Part shown: positions 1-8,429 of the stretch, piece after piece | How the letters are laid out: each line of letters starts with the position of its first letter | How positions within the stretch are numbered: the stretch's first letter is position 1 | Assembly: GCA_963973915.1 (NCBI GenBank) | Contig: CAXBBM010000003.1 | Span: 99,003-123,002 of the forward strand | Direction: 5' to 3' | DNA: 24,000 bases | DNA from: an uncultured Polycyclovorans sp. | GTDB taxonomy: Bacteria; Pseudomonadota; Gammaproteobacteria; Nevskiales; Nevskiaceae | The notes under the pieces: generated by a model | Database searches by the model: none | Told to the model about the DNA's origin: nothing | What the model saw: the letters and a program-made list of their open reading frames with translations, nothing else | Position numbers and translations under genes: made by a program

Positions 1-626
1 CGCAGCCGATCACGAAGCCGAAGTAGATGCCGGAATTGCGGATGAACCGGAACTCGCCGCGCCCCACCTCCTGGAACATCTGGTTGAGCAGTTCCTTGTC
101 TTTCACCAGATTGCTCACGACCATGTCCTTGAGGTCGAACACCGCGTTCAGGTCGCTGCCGACCTTCGCCATGATCTCTTCGATCATCTCCGGTGCCTTG
201 TCTTGAACGCGCCGGATCATCGCGCGCTTCATTGAGGCGGGCGCTGCGCTCCACAGGCCCGGTGAATAGTGTTCGAACACCTCTTGCACGATGTCCTCCA
301 CCGCCACGCGCAAGGGCTGGTCGATGGCCATGGCCACGCGCAGCGGGTCCAGTCGTTCGAACAGTTCCTCGGGCTTGAGCAGGCGCGCGGTGAGGGTGTC
401 GCAGGCGATGGACGCCATCCGCTCCGCGTTGCGCGGAACGATGCCCTGCCAGCCCAGATACGGCGGCTTGAGACCGATAAACCTGAGCGGGCGGAACATC
501 ATGTAGATGGCCGCGATCTTGGTGCCGTAGCCGATGGCCGCCGCCACCAGCGGCATGGAGGCGTAAAGAAACCAGTTGGCCTGCACGTCGGCCAGAATGC
601 CGTGCAGCCAGTGTGTGTCGAGCATG
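1..626 (-). CDS. Membrane protein, DUF445-like (N-terminal part; gene continues beyond window start)
   Basis: Absent from the ORF track because it runs off the edge. Hand translation of the minus strand from ATG at 626-624 stays open to position 1: MLDTHWLHGILADVQANWFLYASMPLVAAAIGYGTKIAAIYMMFRPLRF...GEFRFIRNSGIYFGFVIGC. It has an N-terminal hydrophobic segment. The family assignment is from memory of DUF445/YjiN-type proteins. Confidence 0.5.
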
Positions 627-680
627 CCGTCCCCCGTTTTGGCCTGTCGCGCCGGGTTGTCGCCCGCCAGACCAAACACT

Positions 681-689
681 TGTTAGAAT
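681..689 (+). promoter_or_regulatory. Candidate extended -10 promoter (TGTTAGAAT) for the MaoC-gcdH unit
   Basis: TGnTAGAAT lies in an AT-richer patch of the 154-bp divergent intergenic region, about 90 nt upstream of the 781 start. No experimental support. Confidence 0.3.
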
Positions 690-780
690 TGTGCGTTCAG
701 TCTAATCAATCCAGCCGCCCGCGGGGACGAAAACGGGATGCGGCTGGCCAAATTCGTTCACAAGCACAGGATCACCGAGC

Positions 781-1281
781 ATGGCGGTCAAGACCGGCTG
801 GGAAGGACGTTTCTTCGAGGATTTTGAGGTGGGCGATGTCTACCCCCATCCGCTGGGCCGCACGCTCACGCAGAACGACAACATCTGGTTCACGCTGATG
901 ACGCAAAACACCGCGCCATTGCATTTCGACCAGCATTACGCGGCGCAGACCGAGTTCAAGCGCCCGCTGATCAACTCCTGTCTGACGCTGTCGCTCGTCA
1001 CCGGCCAGAGTGTCACCGACATCTCGCAGAACGTGTTCGCGAATCTGGGCTGGGACGAGGTGCGGTTGCCGAACCCGGTGTTCGAGGGTGACACCGTCTA
1101 TTCGCGTTCCGAGGTGCTGGAAATGCGCGAGTCACGCTCACGGCCCGACGTGGGCGTGGTCACGGTGCGCACCGAGGGGCACAACCAGGACGGCGTCCTG
1201 GTGATTTCATTCCGCCGCACGCTGCTGGTCTATCGCCGGGGCAAGAAGCCGCAGGTGGCCCGCCCGCAGACCGCAGGCTGA
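781..1281 (+). CDS. MaoC-family (hotdog fold) enoyl-CoA hydratase/dehydratase
   Basis: 166-aa ORF. The opening [10 protein letters not shown]...[25 protein letters not shown] and the size are typical of single-domain MaoC dehydratases (mesaconyl/itaconyl-CoA hydratase-like). Confidence 0.8.
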   Translation: MAVKTGWEGRFFEDFEVGDVYPHPLGRTLTQNDNIWFTLMTQNTAPLHFDQHYAAQTEFKRPLINSCLTLSLVTGQSVTDISQNVFANLGWDEVRLPNPVFEGDTVYSRSEVLEMRESRSRPDVGVVTVRTEGHNQDGVLVISFRRTLLVYRRGKKPQVARPQTAG

Positions 1282-1355
1282 GTCCCGCAGGCCGCAGGTC
1301 AAGCGATGGCGTGGTCAGTTTTTTCTCACCCTTTATTCAGGAACCCGAACCCCAA

Positions 1356-2534
1356 ATGAGCAAAGCCAGTTTTCAATGGGAAGACCCGCTGCTGCTGGAA
1401 TCTCAGCTCAGTGACGAAGAGCGCCTGGTGCGCGAAGCCACGCGCGACTACTGCCAGGAGCGCCTGCTGCCGCGGGTGCGTGACGCGCACCGGCATGAGC
1501 ATTTCGACCGCGAGATCATGAACGAGATGGGCGCGCTGGGCCTGCTGGGCGCCTCCCTGCACGGCTACGGCTGCCCGGGCGTGAGCCACGTCGCCTATGG
1601 CCTGATCGCGCGCGAAGTGGAGCGCGTGGACTCCGGTTATCGCTCGGCCATGAGCGTGCAGTCGTCGCTGGTGATGTATCCGATCTACGCCTATGGCACC
1701 GAGGCACAGAAGCAGAAATACCTGCCGAAACTCGCCAGCGGCGAATGGGTGGGCTGTTTCGGCCTGACCGAGCCGGATCACGGGTCCGATCCCGGCAGCA
1801 TGATCACCCGCGCCCGCGCCACCGACGGCGGCTATCTGCTGAGCGGCGCGAAGATGTGGATCACCAACTCGCCGATTGCCGACGTGTTCGTGGTCTGGGC
1901 CAAGGACGACGCCGGGCAGATTCGCGGCTTCGTGCTCGAAAAAGGCATGAAGGGTCTGTCGGCGCCGAAGATCGAGGGCAAGTTCAGCCTGCGTGCCTCG
2001 ATCACCGGCGAGATCGTCATGGACTCGGTGTTCGTTCCGCAGGAAAACCTGCTGCCCGAGGTGAGCGGACTCAAGGGGCCGTTCGGCTGCCTCAACAAGG
2101 CGCGCTACGGCATCGCCTGGGGCGCGATGGGTGCGGCGGAGTTCTGCTGGCAGGGCGCACGGGACTACACCCTGGGCCGCAAGCAGTTCGGCCGGCCGCT
2201 CGCGGCCAACCAGCTCATCCAGAAAAAGCTGGCCGACATGCAGACCGAGATCACCCTGGGCCTGCACGCCGCATTGAGGGTGGGACGCCTGATGGACGAG
2301 GGCATGGCCGCGCCGGAAATGATCTCGCTCATCAAGCGCAACAACTGCGGCAAGGCCCTGGACATCGCCCGCGTTGCGCGTGACATGCACGGCGGCAACG
2401 GCATCTCCGACGAATACCACGTGATTCGCCACGTGCTGAACCTGGAAGCCGTCAATACCTACGAAGGCACGCACGACGTGCATGCGCTGATCCTCGGGCG
2501 GGCGCAGACCGGCATCGCCGCGTTCGGCGGCTGA
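1356..2534 (+). CDS. gcdH: Glutaryl-CoA dehydrogenase
   Basis: Start trimmed to ATG 1356 ([18 protein letters not shown]...), giving 392 aa. There is near-collinear similarity to remembered Pseudomonas GcdH ([84 protein letters not shown]). Confidence 0.9.
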   Translation: MSKASFQWEDPLLLESQLSDEERLVREATRDYCQERLLPRVRDAHRHEHFDREIMNEMGALGLLGASLHGYGCPGVSHVAYGLIAREVERVDSGYRSAMSVQSSLVMYPIYAYGTEAQKQKYLPKLASGEWVGCFGLTEPDHGSDPGSMITRARATDGGYLLSGAKMWITNSPIADVFVVWAKDDAGQIRGFVLEKGMKGLSAPKIEGKFSLRASITGEIVMDSVFVPQENLLPEVSGLKGPFGCLNKARYGIAWGAMGAAEFCWQGARDYTLGRKQFGRPLAANQLIQKKLADMQTEITLGLHAALRVGRLMDEGMAAPEMISLIKRNNCGKALDIARVARDMHGGNGISDEYHVIRHVLNLEAVNTYEGTHDVHALILGRAQTGIAAFGG

Positions 2535-2556
2535 GACGCTCTGACCGGCGCTGGGA

Positions 2557-2592
2557 GCGGGGTGGGCGGCGCAAAAGCCTGCCTCACCCCGC
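2557..2592. terminator. GC-rich hairpin in the convergent gcdH/MFS gap (possible bidirectional terminator, no U-tract)
   Basis: GCGGGGTG (2557-2564) pairs with CACCCCGC (2585-2592). Further inner pairs (GGC GGC / GCC-t-GCC) surround the loop GCAAAA. The hairpin sits between the stop of gcdH (2534) and the stop of the minus-strand MFS gene (2617). Confidence 0.35.
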
Positions 2593-2616
2593 AATCGGCG
2601 CCGCCGCAGCGCCCAC

Positions 2617-4203
2617 TCAGCCGTGATATTCGGCGGGCGCGGCCGGGCCGTGGACCTGGGGCGCCCGTCTGGCGATCCAGATCACCGGAATCAGCACGAT
2701 GGCCGCCAGGGCGAGAAACTCGAAGTTGTCCATGAACGCCAGAAAGCTGGCCTGCCGCGTGACCTCGGCGGCCATCACCGCCTGGCTTGTGAGCGGATCC
2801 CCGAGTGACTGCATGGCCGACATCGTCTCTTGATAGGCCGGATCCAGCGGGCTGATGCGATCGACCAGATGCACCTGGTGTGACTGGGTCTGTCGTGCCA
2901 GAAACGTCGTCATCAGTGAAACGCCGATGCCGCCGCCGAGGTTGCGCGAGAGGTTGAAAATGGCCGACGCATTGCCCAGTTCAGTCGTCGGCAGGCCCAC
3001 ATAGGCCAGCCCCGAGATCGGGACGAACAGCAGACCCACGCCCAGCAGCTGGGCCGTGCGCAACCAGATCAACTGATCCTCGGAGACGTTGAGGCTGATG
3101 CTGCCCATGGCCAGCATGGCCAGCGACAGGGAAAAGAACCCCAGACTCACCAGCAGCCGCTCGTCCACGCGACCGGTGATGCGGCCCACCAGGGGCATCA
3201 TGAAGGCCATCACCAGCGCCGCCGGCGACATCACCAGGCCCGCGCCCAATGCGCTGTAGCCGAGCATTGACTGCATCAGCAGCGGCAGCATCACGGTGGC
3301 GCTCATCAGCGTCCCGTACATCGCCGCGATCATCAGATTGCCGACGGCGAAATTGCGGTTCGCCAGCAGGCGCAGGTTGATGATCGGGTGCGCATGGCTC
3401 AGTTCGCGCCGAATCATGAAGGTGAAACTCAGCACGCAGACCACGACCAGCGTGCGGATCAGATTCGATGCGAGCCAGTCCTCCTGCTGGCCCAGATCCA
3501 GAATCAGTTGCAGCGACCCCATGCTGATCGCGATGAGCGCAAAGCCCCAGGGGTCGAAGCCGCCCCGTTCGGCGGCAGCGCGCTGTCGCGCCTGCTGTGC
3601 GGGCGGGTCATGCAGCAGCCGCGTGCCCAGCATGAACAGCAGCACGCCGACCGGCGCGTTGATCAGGAATATCCAGTGCCAGCTGTATTGATCGGTGAGA
3701 AAGCCGCCCAACGGTGGGCCCAGCGCCGGACCGACAATCACCGCCAGCCCGTAGACCGCGATGGCCATGCCCCGTTTTTCGGGCGGGAAGGCTTCATTGA
3801 GGATGGCCTGGGAGACGGGCTGCAGGGCGCCACCGGCCATGCCTTGCACGACGCGCCCGAGAATCAGCATTTCCAGCGAAGGCGCCAACCCGCAGGCGAC
3901 CGAGGCAAGGGTGAAGATCGCCAGCGATCCGAGGTAGTAGCGCTTGCGGCCGATCCGGTCCGACAGCCAGCCGGTCATGGGCAGGATGATCGCGTTGGCG
4001 ACCAGGTAACTGGTCAGCACCCAGGTGGCCTCCTCGCGGCTGGCCGACAGCGACCCGGCAATGTGCAGCAGCGAGACGTTGGCGATGGACATGTCCAGCA
4101 CTTCCATGAACGCCGCCATGCCGCAGATGACGGCGATCACGTAGGGCGAACGGACGCGCGTGTTCCCGCTGGCCGGCGTCGCCGTTGCGCCGGCGTCGCT
4201 CAC
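2617..4203 (-). CDS. MFS drug efflux transporter, EmrB/QacA (DHA2, 14-TMS) subfamily
   Basis: 528-aa highly hydrophobic ORF with MFS motifs (LSDRIGRKR, LGRVVQGMAGGAL). Its GTG start overlaps the upstream HlyD gene stop (GTGA at 4200-4203). Confidence 0.85.
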   Translation of the reverse strand: MSDAGATATPASGNTRVRSPYVIAVICGMAAFMEVLDMSIANVSLLHIAGSLSASREEATWVLTSYLVANAIILPMTGWLSDRIGRKRYYLGSLAIFTLASVACGLAPSLEMLILGRVVQGMAGGALQPVSQAILNEAFPPEKRGMAIAVYGLAVIVGPALGPPLGGFLTDQYSWHWIFLINAPVGVLLFMLGTRLLHDPPAQQARQRAAAERGGFDPWGFALIAISMGSLQLILDLGQQEDWLASNLIRTLVVVCVLSFTFMIRRELSHAHPIINLRLLANRNFAVGNLMIAAMYGTLMSATVMLPLLMQSMLGYSALGAGLVMSPAALVMAFMMPLVGRITGRVDERLLVSLGFFSLSLAMLAMGSISLNVSEDQLIWLRTAQLLGVGLLFVPISGLAYVGLPTTELGNASAIFNLSRNLGGGIGVSLMTTFLARQTQSHQVHLVDRISPLDPAYQETMSAMQSLGDPLTSQAVMAAEVTRQASFLAFMDNFEFLALAAIVLIPVIWIARRAPQVHGPAAPAEYHG

Positions 4204-5342
4204 GGCGGGGCTTCCGCGAGGCGCGCGCCGCCCTGTTCACGCAGGTCCACGCGCGGAATTACGGACATGCCGGGGGCCAGGTGCAGGGCGGGGTCGGGCG
4301 CGGGATCGAACACCAGCTTCACCGGCACGCGCTGCACCACTTTCACGAAATTGCCGCTCGCGTTTTCAGGCGGCAGCAGGCTGAACGCTGAACCCGTGCC
4401 GGCCTGCAGGCTGTCCACCCGGCCGCTGAAATGCCGACCGGGATAGGCGTCCACCTCGATCTCGACGGGCTGGCCGACACGCAGGTCTTCGAGCTGGGTT
4501 TCCTTGAAGTTGGCGACCACCCAAGGCTGGTCGCCGACCAGGGCCAGCACCGGTGTGCCCATCTGTACCTGCGAGCCGGGCAGCACGTTCTTGCGCGTGA
4601 CCCGACCGGCGACCGGCGCGGTGACGCGGCAGTAGCGCAGCTGCAACGCGGCCTGGTCGCGCGCCGCCTGGGCCTGGGCCACGGCGGCCTCGGCACTGGC
4701 CAGAGCCGCCTCCTGGGCCGCGATCTGCTGGGCCAGCGTCTGCGCGCCGCGCAGCCCGGCCTGCACGCCCTCGGCCTCGGCCTGCAGCGCCAGATGACTG
4801 CTGCGGGCCTGTTCCAGCACCTGACGCGGGATTTGGTCCTTGGCGAACAGCGCTTCGTAACGACGTTCGTCGGCGGCGGCCTTTTCGGCCCGGGCGCGGG
4901 CGCTGCGCACCGCCGCGGCCGCCTGGGCAAGTGCGGCGGGGGCGCGTGTGCGGGTCATGTCCAGCTCGGCGCGGGCCACCTGCACCCGCGCCTCTGCAGC
5001 GGCCAGGTCGGCGCTGACCTGCCGCAGGCGCGCCTCGTGATCGGCGGGATCCAGTTCAAACAGCAGTGCCCCGGCCTCGACCCTCTGGTTGTCGGTGACC
5101 GGCACCCTGACCACCGTTCCGGAAATGCGGGGCGCGATCATGGTGATGTTGGCCTGGATGTAGGCATCGTCGGTCGACGTGTGGCCACGGTTCATCCACC
5201 AGAACAGGCCCAGCCCCAGTGCCACCAGGGCCACTGCCAGCAGCCATGGCCATCGGCGCGGCGCCGCAGCGGCGGTGGGGGCATCGGCAGGCTGGGGCGT
5301 GTTCATCGTCAGGTTCTCGGCAGAATCGGTGTGGGGGCTCAC
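4200..5342 (-). CDS. HlyD-family membrane fusion protein (EmrA-like)
   Basis: 380 aa with a single N-terminal TM segment (WPWLLAVALVALGLGLFWW), a DDAYIQANI motif, a long Ala/Gln-rich coiled-coil and a C-terminal beta-barrel region. The GTG start overlaps the OMP stop (GTGA). An alternative ATG lies at 5306. Confidence 0.85.
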   Translation of the reverse strand: MSPHTDSAENLTMNTPQPADAPTAAAAPRRWPWLLAVALVALGLGLFWWMNRGHTSTDDAYIQANITMIAPRISGTVVRVPVTDNQRVEAGALLFELDPADHEARLRQVSADLAAAEARVQVARAELDMTRTRAPAALAQAAAAVRSARARAEKAAADERRYEALFAKDQIPRQVLEQARSSHLALQAEAEGVQAGLRGAQTLAQQIAAQEAALASAEAAVAQAQAARDQAALQLRYCRVTAPVAGRVTRKNVLPGSQVQMGTPVLALVGDQPWVVANFKETQLEDLRVGQPVEIEVDAYPGRHFSGRVDSLQAGTGSAFSLLPPENASGNFVKVVQRVPVKLVFDPAPDPALHLAPGMSVIPRVDLREQGGARLAEAPP

Positions 5343-6694
5343 AGGCCGAAGCCGGATGCGTGTCCGGTGGCGGCGGCAAGGTTCAGCCGGGCCTGTTGCT
5401 GGGCGGCTTGTGCATTCACGAGCTGGCTGCGGGCACGGGCAAGGTTGGCCTGGGCGGCGACCACATCAAGGTTGTCGGCCACGCCGTGCCGGAAGCGATC
5501 GCGCGCAGAGGCCAGCTCGCGCTGCGCCAGTTCCAGTGCGGCGTGCGCCGCGCGCGCCTGTTCGGCCGTGTTGCCCACGGTGACCACGGCAAGCAGCACG
5601 TCTTCCTCGACCTGACGTTGCAGGGCGGCCAGTTGCAGTCGCTGTTGCTCGATGCGCAGTTCGGACGCGGCCCTGTCAGCCTGCAGGGCGCCGCCGGCGT
5701 AGATCGGCAGACTGAGCTGAGCGCCGATGCGATAGGTGTCCTGCTGGTCCCAGCGATCGGTCGTGGTGGACAGGCCATAGTCGGCGACCAGCGACAGCGT
5801 CGGCAGGCGGCGGCGGCTGGCCTGCGCGTACCGCGCCTCGGCTTCGGCCATCGTGGCGTCGAGCAGCGCAAACTCGGGCCGGTCACGTCGTGCCTGCGTC
5901 AGGGCGGCTTCCGGCCCCGGCGTCTCGTCCCCCTCGGGGGCTTCAAGCGCGCCCTGTAGCGTCAGTGGCGCGGGGTCCAGCGGCAGTTCGCTGAGACCCT
6001 GCAGCCGCAACTGCGAACGCGCCAGCAGGGTCTGCGCTTCCGACCGTGTGTAGCGGGATTGCGCCACTGCCGTTTGCGCGCGGAGGACGTCCACGCCGGA
6101 TGCGACGCCCGCTGCGTGCTGGTCGTGCGCCAGCGTGTCCAGTTCCATGGCCAGGTCCAGGTCGGCCTCGGTGCTGGCCAGATTCTCGCGAGCGGCCAGG
6201 GCGCGGATGAATGCGAGGGCGACTTCAGAGGCCAGGCGTTCACGATCGAGATCGGCCCGCGCCTGCGCGGCGCGTACCGCCGCGTCCGCTGCCGAGCCGG
6301 CGCTGATCTGGGCCAGGTCGATCACCGCCTGCGACAGGCGCAGCCGTGCGTCGAACACGCCGAACGGCCCGATCAGCGAAGGCAGACCCGGAAACTCCAG
6401 TCCCAGCGTGTCGGGATTGACGGTTTCGCGGGTCGCGGTCGCCCCCGCGCTCAGGTGGGGGCGCAATGCGGCATCCGTCGCGACCGCCCTTTGCCGCGCG
6501 ACGGCCACCTCGCGGTCTGCCACGCGGGGGCCGGCGGCGCAGCGCTGGGCCCGTTCGATCAAGGTTTGCAGCGTGAGCCCTTCGGCGGCGGGCAGATCGG
6601 AACAGGGGGTCTGGGCACGCGCCGCACCCAACGCCATCGACCCGGCCATCGCCAGGATGATGCCGACGCGGGCCAGCGATAAATGATCATTCAT
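5339..6694 (-). CDS. TolC-family outer membrane efflux protein
   Basis: Start trimmed to ATG 6694 (MNDHLSLARVGIILAMAGSMALGAARA|QTP signal peptide). The body shows the repeated alpha-helical/beta OMP-efflux pattern. The start overlaps the marR stop by 8 nt. Confidence 0.8.
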   Translation of the reverse strand: MNDHLSLARVGIILAMAGSMALGAARAQTPCSDLPAAEGLTLQTLIERAQRCAAGPRVADREVAVARQRAVATDAALRPHLSAGATATRETVNPDTLGLEFPGLPSLIGPFGVFDARLRLSQAVIDLAQISAGSAADAAVRAAQARADLDRERLASEVALAFIRALAARENLASTEADLDLAMELDTLAHDQHAAGVASGVDVLRAQTAVAQSRYTRSEAQTLLARSQLRLQGLSELPLDPAPLTLQGALEAPEGDETPGPEAALTQARRDRPEFALLDATMAEAEARYAQASRRRLPTLSLVADYGLSTTTDRWDQQDTYRIGAQLSLPIYAGGALQADRAASELRIEQQRLQLAALQRQVEEDVLLAVVTVGNTAEQARAAHAALELAQRELASARDRFRHGVADNLDVVAAQANLARARSQLVNAQAAQQQARLNLAAATGHASGFGL

Positions 6695-7202
6695 GCTGAT
6701 TATTCGGGTTGTTCGGAGTGGTCGCGTGCTGCACCAGTCGAACCAGCAATTCCTGCAACAGCGCGCGCTCACCGGGGCTCAGCGGTTCGAGAAATCGTGC
6801 CTCCTCGTCTTCCAGCGCCGGCTGAAGCCGGGCAATCCAGCGCTCGCCCTGGGGCGTGAGGCTCAGGGTGTTGGCCCGGCGATCGGTGGCTGAACGCTTG
6901 CGCGACACCAGCGCCCGCCGTTCAAGGTCGTCCGCCATCTTCATGGTGGTCGTCCGGTCAGTGCCCAGCAGGGCCGAGATTTGCGCCTGACTCAAGCCGG
7001 GGCGCTGCAGCAGCAGGCGGACCAGGGCGAAATGCCGCGCTTGCAGTCCCGACGGCTGGATGACCGCGTCCAGGCCACGAATCAGCTCGAGTCGCGCCCG
7101 CGCCAGGACGAATCCCAGGTGATCACAGAATTCTTCCGGGATGGGATTCGAGAGGTCGTCGGCAGGGGCGCATGCGGTGCGGGGCCGAATCCGGGTGGGC
7201 AT
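6687..7202 (-). CDS. MarR-family transcriptional regulator
   Basis: 171 aa with a winged-helix core (LSQAQISALLGTDRTTTMKMADDLERRALVSRKRSATDRRANTLSLTPQG). It is the first gene of the efflux operon, and an AT-rich patch at 7225-7250 upstream is the likely promoter/operator zone. Confidence 0.85.
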   Translation of the reverse strand: MPTRIRPRTACAPADDLSNPIPEEFCDHLGFVLARARLELIRGLDAVIQPSGLQARHFALVRLLLQRPGLSQAQISALLGTDRTTTMKMADDLERRALVSRKRSATDRRANTLSLTPQGERWIARLQPALEDEEARFLEPLSPGERALLQELLVRLVQHATTPNNPNNQHE

Positions 7203-7420
7203 CGAAGGGTAGGGGCAGCGAAAGAATGCTCAGTATTGCTGATTAAAAGAACGCCGTCCATGCCTCAGAACACCTGCGCACATGGCCTGCCGCTAGTGGG
7301 TCGCTCAGGTGGCTGCGGCGGCGCGTTCTCGGGCGGGTGGCGGCCACGCTGAAGCCCGCCGCCTCCAGTGCCAAGACGGCTGTGCTTTCCACTTAGGTTC
7401 GGCTCAGTGCAGCCCGTCGG

Positions 7421-8065
7421 TCAGGCGTCGGTCACGGTCGTCGGCACCGGCGGCAGGGCGCTGTCGATCATGTGATCGATGAAGCGGACCACGGACGCTT
7501 GATCGACGCTCGCGAAGCGCATCATCACGATCATGTGGGCCTGGCCGACGAGAATGCGCGCGGCATCGCCGGAAATGACCGCCGGGCAGATCGAGCCGGC
7601 GGTACGGCCCGCTTCGATCATCTGCTCGAACATGTCGATGATGCGTTCCTGCACCTCGACGTAATGCAGCCAGACGCCCTCGCGGACCGAGGTGCTCCAG
7701 TCCAGCCAGACCCGCATGTGCTGTGGTTGCGCGTCAACGCAGGCCTGGAAGGCGTGAAATATGTCGAGCACACGGCTGCGCACATCGGCGGCGGTGGCCC
7801 CGACTGCCATGACCGCATACAGAAATTGTTCGATCTCCCTCAGCACGGCATCAAGCAGGCGTTCGCGGGTGGGGAAATACTCGAAAACGGTGGCCACCGA
7901 CACCGCTGCAAGGCGTGCAACGTCGGCGTGACCGGCCCTGGCGGTGCCGCGCTCGGCGAACGCGGTGATGGCGCAGTCGAGCAACTGGCGCTTGCGCGCC
8001 TCGCGGTCCATGCGCCGGCGCGGCGGCTTGTCTGCAGGACGTGTTGTCGGGGCGGATTTGTTCAT
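7421..8065 (-). CDS. TetR/AcrR-family transcriptional regulator, divergent from the CuMMO operon
   Basis: N-terminal HTH (RKRQLLDCAITAFAERGTARAGHADVARLAAVSVATVFEYFPTRERLL) followed by a helical ligand-binding domain. The start is set at ATG 8065 (MNKSAPT...). The ORF is also open to ATG 8119, and neither start has a clear SD. Confidence 0.85.
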   Translation of the reverse strand: MNKSAPTTRPADKPPRRRMDREARKRQLLDCAITAFAERGTARAGHADVARLAAVSVATVFEYFPTRERLLDAVLREIEQFLYAVMAVGATAADVRSRVLDIFHAFQACVDAQPQHMRVWLDWSTSVREGVWLHYVEVQERIIDMFEQMIEAGRTAGSICPAVISGDAARILVGQAHMIVMMRFASVDQASVVRFIDHMIDSALPPVPTTVTDA

Positions 8066-8182
8066 CGCGCGAAAGATAGCAGCGCCGGGGGCTCCCGTCC
8101 TGCCGCGCGCTGCGCGCATGTCGGTCGCGTCGGGCCGTGAACAGGGCAGTTGCGTGGACCAGCGCCATTCGTCGGCGCGATG

Positions 8183-8211
8183 TTGACAACTCTATCAATT
8201 TGGTTTCTAGT
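8183..8211 (+). promoter_or_regulatory. Candidate sigma70 promoter for xmoC overlapped by an inverted repeat (possible TetR operator)
   Basis: Consensus -35 TTGACA at 8183-8188, a 17-nt spacer, and a weak -10 TCTAGT at 8206-8211. TTGACA-ACTC-TATCAA (8183-8198) is an inverted repeat of TTGAYA half-sites. It lies in the only AT-rich patch of the 364-bp tetR-xmoC spacer. Confidence 0.3.
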
Positions 8212-8259
8212 CCAGTCCATAGACCCCGATCACGGGGCTCGCGGTGAGGAGACAAAAAG

Positions 8260-8415
8260 ATGAAATCAATCGATCGATCGGCCCGTTTGTCGGCACGGAT
8301 CGCGCGCCGCGTCGAAGCGGTTGCACCTCGCCCTCGCTTCAGCTCAGTTGTGTGTCCGGCGCGCGACGTCGGCCCGGTGTGCCCGGCCGGTTTCGGCCCG
8401 TTTTTAACCCGTTGA
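8260..8415 (+). CDS. Candidate 51-aa upstream/leader ORF in the xmoC 5' leader
   Basis: ATG 8260 is preceded by TGAGGAGA (8245-8252), the same SD octamer that precedes xmoC (8415-8422). Translation: MKSIDRSARLSARIARRVEAVAPRPRFSSVVCPARDVGPVCPAGFGPFLTR. The stop TGA 8413-8415 abuts the xmoC SD. The peptide is Arg-rich with a lower GC3 than neighbouring genes, so it may be non-coding. Confidence 0.3.
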   Translation: MKSIDRSARLSARIARRVEAVAPRPRFSSVVCPARDVGPVCPAGFGPFLTR

Positions 8416-8429
8416 TGAGGAGAACCACC

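Noticed and set aside
1326-2594. Long antisense or alternative-frame ORFs opposite real genes. Examples: 1326-2594 (-), 3388-4446 (+), 4431-5615 (+), 10156-11085 (-), 13676-15430 (+), 16310-17545 (+), 18067-19830 (+), 21155-22231 (+) and 22240-23067 (+).
   Set aside because: Their translations are low-complexity and rich in Arg, Gly, Ala, Pro and His, with no recognisable domains. Each shadows a gene with clear family motifs on the other strand or frame. This is typical of GC-rich genomes.
5339-6772. Other 5'-extended track ORFs: OMP to 6772, PrpD-family to 15316, MaoC to 18481, ligase to 21057, ACAD to 23409, gcdH from 1311 and TetR to 8119
   Set aside because: In each case an internal ATG or GTG gives a family-typical N-terminus, a signal peptide or a start/stop overlap with the upstream gene. 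The extensions are low-complexity and overlap neighbouring genes. The TetR start remains genuinely ambiguous.
8105-8117. Perfect 13-bp palindrome GCGCGCTGCGCGC as a TetR operator
   Set aside because: It is an alternating GC low-complexity sequence and lies within the possible 5' extension of tetR itself. It is far less specific than the TTGACA-N4-TATCAA repeat in the AT-rich patch.
8292-8305. Sigma54-like GGCAC-N5-gcGC element in the xmoC leader
   Set aside because: It matches only the GG/GC core and lacks the TTGC context. Such patterns are frequent by chance in GC-rich DNA. No enhancer-binding protein gene is nearby, and it lies inside the candidate uORF.
8260-8415. Reading the Cys-containing uORF as a methanobactin-like (MbnA) or other RiPP precursor
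   Set aside because: No mbnB/mbnC-like or other maturation, export or TonB-receptor genes are adjacent. The peptide does not resemble the short MbnA leader-core layout I remember. It is kept only as a leader-ORF hypothesis.
8244-8429. N-terminal 62-aa extension of the xmoC ORF from GTG 8244
   Set aside because: The extension is Arg/Pro-rich and non-homologous to PmoC N-termini. GTG 8244 sits inside an SD-like sequence rather than after one. ATG 8430 has a strong GAGGAG SD and gives a canonical protein of about 264 aa.
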